A stretch of 64,000 nt of DNA from Planctomycetia bacterium (GTDB lineage Bacteria; Planctomycetota; MHYJ01; WSZJ01). Positions 26,119-35,600 of this stretch are shown piece after piece. Where the stretch lies: positions 4,923 through 68,922 of the forward strand of contig JADLHC010000114.1 of NCBI GenBank assembly GCA_020849035.1, read 5' to 3'. Each line of letters starts with the position of its first letter. Position 1 is the first letter of the stretch. The translations under genes were made by a program, and so were the position numbers. The notes under the pieces are model-generated. The model saw only the letters and a program-made list of their open reading frames with translations, did no database searches and was not told the DNA's origin.

Positions 26119-27496
26119 AGATCTCACGCGACTGGCTGCTGCTCATCGCGCTCCTCGGCGTGGCGATCGTGCTGCCGTTCGTGCCGTTTTCGGACCCGGT
26201 GCAGAAGCGCCTGATCTCGGTGAGCACGATCGTGTTCATCTACGTGCTGTTCGCGCTGGGCCTGAACGTCGTGCCGGGGTGGACGGGGCTGCTGGACCTG
26301 GGGTACGTGGCGTTCGTGATGATCGGGGCGTACACGCTGGCGATCCTGTACCGATTGCCGTGGCTGCAATTCGAGGGGGCGTGGCTGCTGTGCCTTCTCG
26401 CGGCGGGGTTGCATTGCGCGCTCTGGGGAGCGCTGCGGGGAGCGCCGACGCTTCGGCTGATCGGCGACTACTACGCGATCGTGACCTTCGCGTTCGCGCA
26501 GATCCTGCTCATCTTCGTGCAGAACTGCGGGCCCGTGACGAACGCGGCGAAGGGGTACACGGACTTCCCCGGGATCCGGCTCGGCGGGCACGCGACGGGG
26601 ATCGGGGAGCTGCCGCCGGGCTCGACCATCGAGATCGCCGAGGGCGGCGGCACGTTGAGGTTCCCGGCGGGCGCCCGGCTGGTGTTCCCGCGCGGTGGCG
26701 AGAACTGGAAACCGGTCCCTGGCGCGCCGGCCGAGGTCACCGCCGACGTGAAGGTCTGGGAAACAGGGACGTTCCGCTGGCGGAACCTCCCGCGCGGCGG
26801 CCGCGTCACGATCCCGACGGCCGACTACTCGTACCGGGCCCCGGGGAAACTGATCGAGCCCAACTCACGGGCCTTCTACTTCTTCCTCCTTGCCGTCGTC
26901 GTCGTCGCCGTCCTCGCCATGGTGCGGCTCCACGATTCCCGCGTCGGCCGCGCCTGGCTCGCCATGAAGGCCGACGAGATCAGCGCCAAGGCGAACGGCA
27001 TCTCGATCCCGCGCTACCGCATCCTCGCGTTCGCCGTGTCCGGGTTCGTGGGCGGCGTCGGCGGCGCGCTCCAGGCGCTCCGCGTCGAGATCGTCACCCC
27101 CGGCAGCTACGACTTCTGGGTCTCCGTCCTCATCCTCGCCTGCATCGTCCTCGGCGGCCTCGGTTCCATCCGCGGAGCCGTCGTCGGCACGGTCGTCCTC
27201 GTCTCCCTGGGCGAAATCCTCCGCGAAGGCGTCGAGCTGGGCCCCGGCCTCTCCTCCTTCTTCCACGGGCGCCTCCCCTGGCTCGAAAACGTCGCCTGGC
27301 AGGCCGCCGGCGACGCCGTCATGCTCAAGGTCCCCGACCAGGCCCGCTACCTCGTCTTCGGCGCCATCCTCGTCCTCGTCATGATCTTCCGCCCCCAGGG
27401 CCTCCTCCCGCCCCGCGGCGAACGCGAACCCTTCACAGAGGACGAGCGCGAGAAGCTCCGCGCCGCACGCACCGCGCTCTTCCGCACGGGTAAGCC

Positions 27497-27500
<4 letters not shown>
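26115..27500 (+). CDS. livM: Branched-chain amino acid ABC transporter permease LivM with ~95-aa inserted domain
   Basis: GTG 26115 in ORF 25569..27500 overlaps the livH stop (GTGA). LivM core ([37 protein letters not shown]). Extra segment about residues 155-248. Confidence 0.9.
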
Positions 27501-28635
<1,135 letters not shown>

Positions 28636-28661
28636 CTGGAACGCGCGATGCGGAGAGGCGA

Positions 28662-29366
28662 TTGCTGAAACTGAGCGGCATACGGGCGGGATACGGCACC
28701 CTCGAAGTCCTCCACGGCGTCAGCCTGGAGGTCGGGGCCGGGGAGATCGTCACACTCATCGGCGCCAACGGCGCGGGCAAGAGCACGACGCTGAATGCCA
28801 TCTGCTCGCTGGTGAAGATCCGCGAGGGCACCGTCGAGCTCGAGGGAAAGGACATCACTCGGGCGCCGACCAACGCCATCGTCCGCGCCGGCGTCGCTCA
28901 GTCCCCCGAGGGCCGAAAGCTCTTCTCCGAACTCACCGTCCACGAAAACCTCGAGATGGGAGCCTACCTCCGGCGCGACCGCGACGGCGTCGCCGCCGAC
29001 CTGAAGAAAGTCTTCGGGCTCTTCCCCATCCTCGAGGAGCGCCAGTGGCAGGCCGCCGGTTCGCTCTCCGGCGGCGAGCAGCAGATGTGCGCCATCGGTC
29101 GGGCGCTGATGGCGCGGCCGAAGCTGCTGCTGCTGGACGAGCCGTCGCTCGGGCTCGCGCCGCTCATCTGCCAGCAGATCTTCGGCGTCATCCGCGACCT
29201 CAACCGCGAGGGGACGACCATCCTCCTCGTCGAGCAGAACGCCCACGCCGCTCTTCGTCTTGCCCATCGCGCTTACGTCATGGAAACTGGGGCCATCACG
29301 CTGTCCGGGAATGCTGGAGACCTCCTCAGGGACGAGAAAGTCAAAAGCGCGTATCTCGGAGAATGA
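28662..29366 (+). CDS. livF: Branched-chain amino acid ABC transporter ATPase LivF
   Basis: ORF 28476..29366 trimmed. N-terminal GQWAVGS repeats are translated heptamer DNA. TTG 28662 lies 6 nt after GGAG and gives [12 protein letters not shown], a typical LivF start. Walker [26 protein letters not shown]. Confidence 0.9.
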   Translation: MLKLSGIRAGYGTLEVLHGVSLEVGAGEIVTLIGANGAGKSTTLNAICSLVKIREGTVELEGKDITRAPTNAIVRAGVAQSPEGRKLFSELTVHENLEMGAYLRRDRDGVAADLKKVFGLFPILEERQWQAAGSLSGGEQQMCAIGRALMARPKLLLLDEPSLGLAPLICQQIFGVIRDLNREGTTILLVEQNAHAALRLAHRAYVMETGAITLSGNAGDLLRDEKVKSAYLGE

Positions 29367-29367
29367 C

Positions 29368-29898
29368 ATGGACCAGGACCTCCTCAGCAGCCTCGTCGGG
29401 GCCGGCGTCAGCGTGGACTTCACACAGGCCCTTCCCTGGATCGCCTCCCCCGCCCCGGCGCCGGGCGGGGCGGCCCGCGTGACGGACGGCACGGAGACCG
29501 CCGACGTCCGCCTGCGCCCGGCGCACGAGCTTTTCACGGGCAAGCGGACGCCGCCGTCGTTCGAACTGGGGCCGACGCCGCACTACCAGGCGTTCTTCAT
29601 GATGGTGGAGCTCGCGGCGATCGACGGGTGCGCGGCGCTCGGGATCGTCCCGACGGACGCCGAGTTCGAGGAGCTCTACACGCAGCTCCGGTTGCAGCCG
29701 GACAGCCCGGCCCGGAACCCGCTGTTCAACTGGCTCCGCAGCGCCGCCATGCTCTACCTGTCGCTCGTGAACACGAGCCAGGCGGAGTTCGAGGGCGTCA
29801 TGGGGCGGCTCGCGGCGTCGGCGCGCAAGTGGGCGGCGCGGGCGGGAAGCCGGCGGTACCACGACGTCCTGTCGCATTCACTGTCGTACGCGGTTTAG
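29368..29898 (+). CDS. Hypothetical protein (2 nt after livF stop)
   Basis: ORF 29260..29898 trimmed to ATG 29368. Ordinary composition ([36 protein letters not shown]). No family recognised. Confidence 0.55.
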   Translation: MDQDLLSSLVGAGVSVDFTQALPWIASPAPAPGGAARVTDGTETADVRLRPAHELFTGKRTPPSFELGPTPHYQAFFMMVELAAIDGCAALGIVPTDAEFEELYTQLRLQPDSPARNPLFNWLRSAAMLYLSLVNTSQAEFEGVMGRLAASARKWAARAGSRRYHDVLSHSLSYAV

Positions 29899-29900
29899 CG

Positions 29901-30290
29901 GTGGGGCGCGCCGCCGAGCAGTGTCCGGACTGCGGCGAGCGGCTGGAGCCGGTCGAGGTTTCCCCCTGCGTTCGTTGCGGGGCCGACTCGCGATCCCTCG
30001 AAATGGCGGGGCGCGGCGAAGGGGAATTCGCGGAGTACGAACTCCCGGGGGCGCCGAGGATCGTCCTGTGCATCTACTGCTGGATGGAGTTCGATCTTCT
30101 CAAGGCGGAGCTCGCGTGGCCGAAGCGGGCGCCTCTCCGGATGAAACTCGAACACGTCCGTGCGATGGCGCCGAGCCGCGGGAGGGACAGGGGCTGCCCC
30201 GCATGCCACAGACGACGCGCGTGGTTCCGTTGGGTGGCGACAGTTCGCGAATCGAAGCGGCGTGAATCCGGTTCCGCCGGCGGTGCGTAA
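29901..30290 (+). CDS. Hypothetical Cys-rich zinc-ribbon protein
   Basis: GTG 29901 in frame with ORF 29628..30290, 2 nt after the previous stop. CPDC...CVRC, CIYC, CPAC pairs. Confidence 0.4.
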   Translation: MGRAAEQCPDCGERLEPVEVSPCVRCGADSRSLEMAGRGEGEFAEYELPGAPRIVLCIYCWMEFDLLKAELAWPKRAPLRMKLEHVRAMAPSRGRDRGCPACHRRRAWFRWVATVRESKRRESGSAGGA

Positions 30291-30326
30291 GAGGGCCAGG
30301 GAACGCGTGGAGGAAAGGAGCTTGCC

Positions 30327-30869
30327 ATGAAACTTCTTCTCGCAGGGATCGCGCTGGCGGCGGTAGCCGCGGTGTTGGCCGGCTGTTCGGGCGGGACGTC
30401 GGAGCAGCCGAAGTCCGGTGGACAGGCCAAGTCCGAAGGCTCGGGCGGCGGGACGGGCGACGCAGCGACGGCGGCGACGCCGAAGACGGAGGAGGAGTGG
30501 AAGGCGAAGCTGACGCCGGAGCAGTACCGGGTGCTGCGCGAGCAGGGGACGGAGCGGGCCTTCACCGGCGCCTACTGGAACAACCACGATGCGGGCGCCT
30601 ACCGCTGCGCCGGCTGCGGCGAGCTGCTCTTCAAGTCCGACGACAAGTTCGACTCGGGCACCGGCTGGCCGAGCTTCACCCAGCCGGCGAAGGACGGCGT
30701 CGTCGCGTCCGAGGAGGACACGAGCCACGGGATGGTGCGGTCGGAGGTGCACTGCGCGAAATGCGGCGGGCATCTCGGGCACGTCTTCGACGACGGGCCG
30801 AAGCCGACGGGGCTGCGGTACTGCATCAACTCGGTGTCGCTGACGTTCGAGAAGGCGCCCGAAAAGTAG
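30327..30869 (+). CDS. msrB: Peptide-methionine (R)-S-oxide reductase, lipoprotein form
   Basis: ORF 30327..30869. Lipobox LAGC. SelR motifs [31 protein letters not shown]. Confidence 0.93.
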   Translation: MKLLLAGIALAAVAAVLAGCSGGTSEQPKSGGQAKSEGSGGGTGDAATAATPKTEEEWKAKLTPEQYRVLREQGTERAFTGAYWNNHDAGAYRCAGCGELLFKSDDKFDSGTGWPSFTQPAKDGVVASEEDTSHGMVRSEVHCAKCGGHLGHVFDDGPKPTGLRYCINSVSLTFEKAPEK

Positions 30870-30928
30870 CCGCCGGGCGGCCGGGATTCGCGCTTGACGC
30901 CCCGGCCGCCCCGGTTTTCCCTTCGCCC

Positions 30929-32002
30929 GTGCGATTCCTCTTCGTCACCGGGACGCCCGCCACCGTCCGCGAGGGAAGCGGCACGTGGACCGGGATCAGC
31001 ACGCTGGCCGGGGCCCTGCGGGGGCTCGGGCACGAGGTGGAGCTGCGGGCGATCCGGGACGGCGCGGGGAGCTACGAGGAGCGGCGGGACGCGTTTAACG
31101 CTTCCCTTTCCACGCCGGAGCGCGGGGCGTGGGACGCGGTCGTGGGGTTCGACATGGACGGGCACGGGCTCGCCGGGCGCGGCGGGCCGCCGCACGTGGC
31201 CTCGATCAAGGGGGTGATCGCGGACGAGGCGCGGTTCGAGGAGGGCGAGACGCGGCGGATGATGGAGCGGCAGGCGGCGCTGGAGGCGGAGCACTGCCGT
31301 CGCGCGGACCTCGTGGTGACGACGAGCGCGTACTCGGCGGGGCGGCTGCGGGAGCTGTACGGCCTCGACCGCGAGCCCGCGATCGTCCCCGAGCTGATCG
31401 ACCTCGGCCGCTGGACCGAGCGGATGGCCGCGGCGCGCGTGGAGCGGCGCGAAGGGTTCACCGTGCTGTGCGTCTGCAAGCTGTACCCGCGGAAACGCGT
31501 GGACGTCCTGCTGCGGGCCGCGGCGCGGCTGCGCGGCCCGGTGCCGGGGCTGCGCGTCCGGATCGTCGGCGACGGGCCGGAGGAGGAGAGGCTGCACGCG
31601 CTGCACCGCGGGCTGGCGCTCGACGGGACGGTCGAGTGGCTCGGGTTCGTGCCGCCGGACGCCCTCGCCGCCGAGTACCGCAGCTGCGACGTCTTCTGCC
31701 TCCCGTCCGTGCAGGAAGGGTTCGGGATCGTATTCCTCGAGGCGATGGCCGCGGGCGTGCCGATCGTCGCGGCGCGCGCGGCGGCGATCCCGGAGGTCGT
31801 GACGTCGGGGATCCTCGCCGGCCCCGACGACCCCGGCTCGCTGGCCGACGCGCTCCTCTGCCTCGCGCAAGACCCCGCCCTGCGCGCCCGCCTCGCCGCC
31901 GGCGGCCGCGACGCCGTCCGAGACTTCGATGCCCCCCGCGTCGCGCGGCGGTTCCTCGACGTCCTCGCCGCGGCGGCACCTTCGCGTCCTCGCACGGTTT
32001 GA
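30929..32002 (+). CDS. Glycosyltransferase family 4 (GT-B, GT1 domain)
   Basis: GTG 30929 in ORF 30497..32002. VRFLFVTG..., C-terminal PSVQEGFGIVFLEAMAAGVPIVA (E-x7-E motif). Confidence 0.8.
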   Translation: MRFLFVTGTPATVREGSGTWTGISTLAGALRGLGHEVELRAIRDGAGSYEERRDAFNASLSTPERGAWDAVVGFDMDGHGLAGRGGPPHVASIKGVIADEARFEEGETRRMMERQAALEAEHCRRADLVVTTSAYSAGRLRELYGLDREPAIVPELIDLGRWTERMAAARVERREGFTVLCVCKLYPRKRVDVLLRAAARLRGPVPGLRVRIVGDGPEEERLHALHRGLALDGTVEWLGFVPPDALAAEYRSCDVFCLPSVQEGFGIVFLEAMAAGVPIVAARAAAIPEVVTSGILAGPDDPGSLADALLCLAQDPALRARLAAGGRDAVRDFDAPRVARRFLDVLAAAAPSRPRTV

Positions 32003-32054
32003 TGTGGAACTTGCAGACGTCGCACCCCGCGCTTCTCAAAGAGGAGGTCGCACA

Positions 32055-32519
32055 ATGAAGTGGATCACGAGGGAGAAGGTTAAGGTGGACCGGGTGGCGT
32101 GCCGGTGGCTCATCCGCAAGTTCGTGGACCCGAAGGCGGAGTTCCTCTTCGTGCCCGCGGACAAGGTGGCGGAGGTGGCGAAGTAGGAGGGCGCGACGAG
32201 CTACGACTGCAAGGGGGACGAGCTGGGGCACCACGGGAAGGAGTGCTCGTTCGACGCGATCGTGAAGAAGTGGAACCTCGGGAAGGACGCGGCGCTGGTC
32301 CTCATGGCGAAGATCGTGAACGGCGCGGACACCGACAACACGCTCTGGAACCAGCCGGAGGCCGCGGGGCTCAACGCGATCGCCGAGGGCTTCCGGCACG
32401 TCGGCCTCAAGGACGACCACGCGATGCTTGCCGCCGAGTTCCCGCTCTACGACGCGCTCTACGCGTACTGCGGGGAAATGGTGAAGCGCGGGATGCCGAA
32501 CGGGGCGTTCGCGAAGTGA
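32055..32519 (+). pseudogene. ChrB C-terminal-domain-like (chromate resistance) gene interrupted by in-frame TAG at 32184-32186
   Basis: ATG 32055 lies 7 nt after GAGGAGG. MKWITREKVKVDRVACRWLIRKFVDPKAEFLFVPADKVAEVAK-stop-EGATSYDCKGDELGHHGKECSFDAIVKKWNL... continues in the same frame to 32519 (ORFs 31929..32186 and 32262..32519 share the frame). Confidence 0.6.
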
Positions 32520-32609
32520 CGGTTCTCGGCCGCCTTCCGCGCGACGGCTGGCCGCTGTTCGCGATCCGCATCATTCGGACTCACGCGGGAACGGCGCCGA
32601 GGACCGCCA

Positions 32610-32807
32610 TCACCCGGCCACGACCGCGGCTAACGCAGGCTTCCCCTCGACGACGGACGGGCGGAGGACGAAGGTCCCGTATTCCGGGACCGACCAGGAC
32701 ACGGCCGCACCGTCCTCCGTCGCGTTCACCTCGGCCGGAAATTGGCGCACTTCGACGGGATTGAGCGGGCGGTTGCCGATCTCGCGCCACGCTCCCCTGA
32801 CCTTCAT
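32610..32807 (-). CDS. Hypothetical small protein (65 aa)
   Basis: ORF 32610..32807 has a non-shadow composition (MKVRGAWREIGNRPLNPVEVRQFPAEVNATEDGAAVSWSVPEYGTF...). No family recognised. Only 14 nt from the divergent VOC start. Confidence 0.3.
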   Translation of the reverse strand: MKVRGAWREIGNRPLNPVEVRQFPAEVNATEDGAAVSWSVPEYGTFVLRPSVVEGKPALAAVVAG

Positions 32808-32821
32808 GAACTGAGCGCTCG

Positions 32822-33133
32822 ATGGCGTGGTACGCGGACCTGTTCGGGTTTCTGGCGATCCACGTCGCGGGCGAGGGGCCGGCGAACTACGCGGTGCTCA
32901 AGCGCGACGGCGTCTGCCTGCACCTGCTGCGCCGCGCGGGGAACACGCTGGGGATCGGCGCGCCGGCGCAGGCGCAGTTCCGGATCGACGGCGGGGTGGA
33001 TGCGCTGTTCGAGCGCGCAAAGGCGAAGCGCGCGGTCGTGATGCAGGAGCCCGAGGACCAGAAGTGGGGTCACCGCGACTTCATGGTGAAGGACCCGGAC
33101 GGGAACATCGTGTGGGTGGGGATGCCGAAGTAG
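32822..33133 (+). CDS. Glyoxalase/bleomycin-resistance (VOC) family protein, apparently N-terminally short
   Basis: ORF 32822..33133. WYADLFGF, QEPEDQKWGHRDFMVKDPDGNIVW. The usual first beta-strand (~15 aa) is missing, and the frame is closed by TGA at 32807. Confidence 0.65.
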   Translation: MAWYADLFGFLAIHVAGEGPANYAVLKRDGVCLHLLRRAGNTLGIGAPAQAQFRIDGGVDALFERAKAKRAVVMQEPEDQKWGHRDFMVKDPDGNIVWVGMPK

Positions 33134-33228
33134 CCGCAGCGCGGTGCAGGCTCTCCGCCCTCCTGCCGGAGATGGAGCCGTGCCGCCTCGGGGTCAGATC
33201 CGGCGGGCAGGGCGCTGGAGCGACGCCC

Positions 33229-34380
33229 TCATCTCGAGAGCGCCGCGAGACGGGATGCGAGGTCGAGAATGGAGAGGGCTTCGGTGTCCTTGTCGAGCGC
33301 GAAAGACCGGGCCCCGGGGTAGACCACGAACATCCGTTCCAGCCGCAGATCCTCGCGCGCGATGTGCATGGATTTCGTCAGGGATGGCGCGTCCGTCAGC
33401 TTCGTCTCGAAACCGTAGCGCTTCCCCCGGACCATCACCAGCAGGTCGAGTTCGGCGCCCTGGTGGGATCCCCAGAAGTAGGCCTCGCGCGTCTGCAGCA
33501 GGGCGAGGATCTGCTCGATGACGAAGCCTTCCCACGAAGCGCCGGCCTTGGGGTGCCCGCTGAGGGCGTCATGGGACTCGACGCCGAGGAGGGCGTGAAG
33601 AAGTCCCGGGTCCTGGACGTAGACCTTGGGGTGGCGGATCTGGCGCTTGCCGATGTTCTCGAACCAGGGGACCAGCTGGCGGACGGCCCAGGCGCCGGAG
33701 AGGAGGTCGAGGTAATGGCGGGCGGTGTTCTCGGACGTGCCGAGGGAGCGGGCGAAATCTGCTGCGTTCCAGACGCCGCCGTGGACGTGGGCGACCATGT
33801 TCCAGAAGCGGCGCAGAGTCGCGGAGGGAATGGTGACGCCGAGTTCCGTCAGGTCTCGGTGGAGGAAGTCCTCGATGTAATCGCGGCGCCAGGCGAGGCT
33901 CGCACCTTCCGAGCGCGCCAAGAACGACCGCGGGAATCCGCCGCGTTGCCAGAGGGTCCGGAACCGCACCGGGCCGGTCTCGGCGACGTCGAAACCGCCG
34001 ATGTCCACGTGGGCGACGCGCCCGGCGAGGCTTTCGGAGACGCCCCGGACGAGGCGCGGGTCGGCGCTGCCCAGGATGAGAAATCGTGCCGGCCTCCGCG
34101 GGCGATCGGCGAGGACGCGGAGGATCTCGAAGAGGGCGGGGAGGCGCTGGACCTCGTCAATGACGACGAGTCCGCGAAGCGGCTCAAGGGCAGCCAGGGG
34201 GGAGGAGAGCCGGGCGACATCGAAGGGGTTCTCGAGGTCGAACCAGGCGGCATGGCGGCCTCGGGCGATGGCGCGTGCGAGCGTGGTTTTCCCGCATTGG
34301 CGCGGGCCGAGGATGGAGACGACGGGCGACCGGTTGAGGGCCTCGCGGACGCGGGCGGCGTGGGAGGAGCGGCGGATCAC
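33229..34380 (-). CDS. AAA-family ATPase (AAA_14 + DUF4143 architecture)
   Basis: ORF 33229..34380 (GTG start). Walker A GPRQCGKTT, Walker B VVIDEVQ, C-terminal DUF4143-like ELDLLV...YGFETK. Confidence 0.85.
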   Translation of the reverse strand: MIRRSSHAARVREALNRSPVVSILGPRQCGKTTLARAIARGRHAAWFDLENPFDVARLSSPLAALEPLRGLVVIDEVQRLPALFEILRVLADRPRRPARFLILGSADPRLVRGVSESLAGRVAHVDIGGFDVAETGPVRFRTLWQRGGFPRSFLARSEGASLAWRRDYIEDFLHRDLTELGVTIPSATLRRFWNMVAHVHGGVWNAADFARSLGTSENTARHYLDLLSGAWAVRQLVPWFENIGKRQIRHPKVYVQDPGLLHALLGVESHDALSGHPKAGASWEGFVIEQILALLQTREAYFWGSHQGAELDLLVMVRGKRYGFETKLTDAPSLTKSMHIAREDLRLERMFVVYPGARSFALDKDTEALSILDLASRLAALSR

Positions 34381-34390
34381 GCGCGCAGTT

Positions 34391-34460
34391 TACCATGAAA
34401 AAGCTCACCTCGGTTGAGGACTTTCATGGTATGACCGGCGGCTGTTCTGTGCCGCCGGTC
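34391..34460. repeat. 10-bp palindrome TACCATGAAA...TTTCATGGTA followed by GACCGGCGGC/GCCGCCGGTC hairpin
   Basis: Read directly, immediately 5' of the ATPase gene start on the minus strand. Locally AT-rich. Confidence 0.6.
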
Positions 34461-34568
34461 CTGGACACGGCCCCCCCGGGCGTTCCGCGCTCCCGCCCCC
34501 CTCTCTCAAATCCTCCCCCTTCCCTGCCCGCCTCCGGATAATCGCCGCGTCCTTCGGGAGAGGCGCGC

Positions 34569-35519
34569 ATGGCGTGGCTGGCGGGGATCGACGAGGTGGG
34601 GTACGGGCCGATGCTCGGCCCGCTCGTCGTGTCGGCGGCGCTGTTCGAGGTGCCGGAGGCGGGGGCGGACCTGTGGGACCTGCTGCGGCCCGAGGTGGCG
34701 CGGAAGCCGCGCAGGGGGCGCGTCGCGGTGTGCGACTCGAAGGAGCTGCACAAGCCGGGCGACCCGGAGCCGCTGGAGCGCACGGCGGCGGCGTTCTGGA
34801 AGGCGCGCGACGGGGCGACCGAGACGACGTTCCTCGAGTTCGTCGCGGCGCACGCGTTCGGCGCCGACGCGCTCGACGGCTACCCCTGGTACCGCCCGCT
34901 CACGCTCGGCCTCCCGTTCGCCGGCGACCCGCGCGACCTCGCGACGCACGCCGCCGCCGTCCGCGCCGCCCTCGACCGCGCCCGCGTCCGCTTCGCAGGC
35001 CTCCGCTCCTCCCTCTCCGACGCCCGCGAGTTCAACGCCGGCGTCGAGCGCGCCGGGAACAAGTCCGACTACCTCTTCGAGGTCTACGGCCGCCTCTACC
35101 GCTGGCTCTGGGAGCACGCCGTGGGCCCCGAACGCCTCGACGTCTTCGTCGGCAAGCAGGGCGGCCGCGCGTTCTACGCGGACAAGCTGCAGGCCCTGTT
35201 CCCCGAGACGTTCGTGATGGTCGGCGAGGAAACGAAGGAGTCGAGCACGTACGTGATCGAGGGAAAGAAGCGCCGCATGCGGATGTCGTTCGTGGCAGAC
35301 GCGGAGATGAAGCACTTCCCCGTCGCGCTGGCGTCGATCCTGGCGAAATACACGCGGGAAGGGCTGATGGAGGCGTTCAACCGGTGGTGGGGGGAGAAGG
35401 TGCCGGGGATCAAGCCGACGGCGGGGTACCACGGGGACGCGGGGAGGTTCTTGAAGGAGACGGAAGAGGCGCGGAGGGAGATGGGGATTGAAGAAGGGAT
35501 GATGGTGAGGGTGAGGTGA
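34569..35519 (+). CDS. Divergent RNase HII-family protein (316 aa)
   Basis: ORF 34569..35519. GIDEVGYGPMLGP (DE), CDSKEL (D), FVADAEM...ALASILAKYTRE. About 100 aa longer than canonical RNase HII. Confidence 0.7.
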   Translation: MAWLAGIDEVGYGPMLGPLVVSAALFEVPEAGADLWDLLRPEVARKPRRGRVAVCDSKELHKPGDPEPLERTAAAFWKARDGATETTFLEFVAAHAFGADALDGYPWYRPLTLGLPFAGDPRDLATHAAAVRAALDRARVRFAGLRSSLSDAREFNAGVERAGNKSDYLFEVYGRLYRWLWEHAVGPERLDVFVGKQGGRAFYADKLQALFPETFVMVGEETKESSTYVIEGKKRRMRMSFVADAEMKHFPVALASILAKYTREGLMEAFNRWWGEKVPGIKPTAGYHGDAGRFLKETEEARREMGIEEGMMVRVR

Positions 35520-35532
35520 TGGAGGGAAAGGC

Positions 35533-35574
35533 GAATTTTGAAATTTGAATTTTGAATTCTCAATTTTCAATTTC
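35533..35574. repeat. AT-rich tandem heptamers GAATTTT GAAATTT GAATTTT GAATTCT CAATTTT CAATTTC
   Basis: Read directly, between the RNase HII-like stop (35519) and the dipeptidase start (35601). Partially self-complementary around GAATTC. Confidence 0.9.
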
Positions 35575-35600
35575 ACACACGGCAGCCACGGAGGTTGGGG

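Noticed and set aside
32184-32186. In-frame TAG as pyrrolysine or systematic amber reassignment.
   Set aside because: TAG terminates several well-supported genes in this window, including the phosphohexomutase, the liv substrate-binding protein, livG and the delta subunit. No pyl genes are visible. A nonsense mutation or base-call error is more likely.
34393-34539. 49-codon plus-strand ORF starting inside the palindrome (MKKLTSVEDFHGM...).
   Set aside because: No SD and a Pro-rich tail typical of non-coding high-GC sequence. More simply explained as the promoter/5' region of the ATPase gene.
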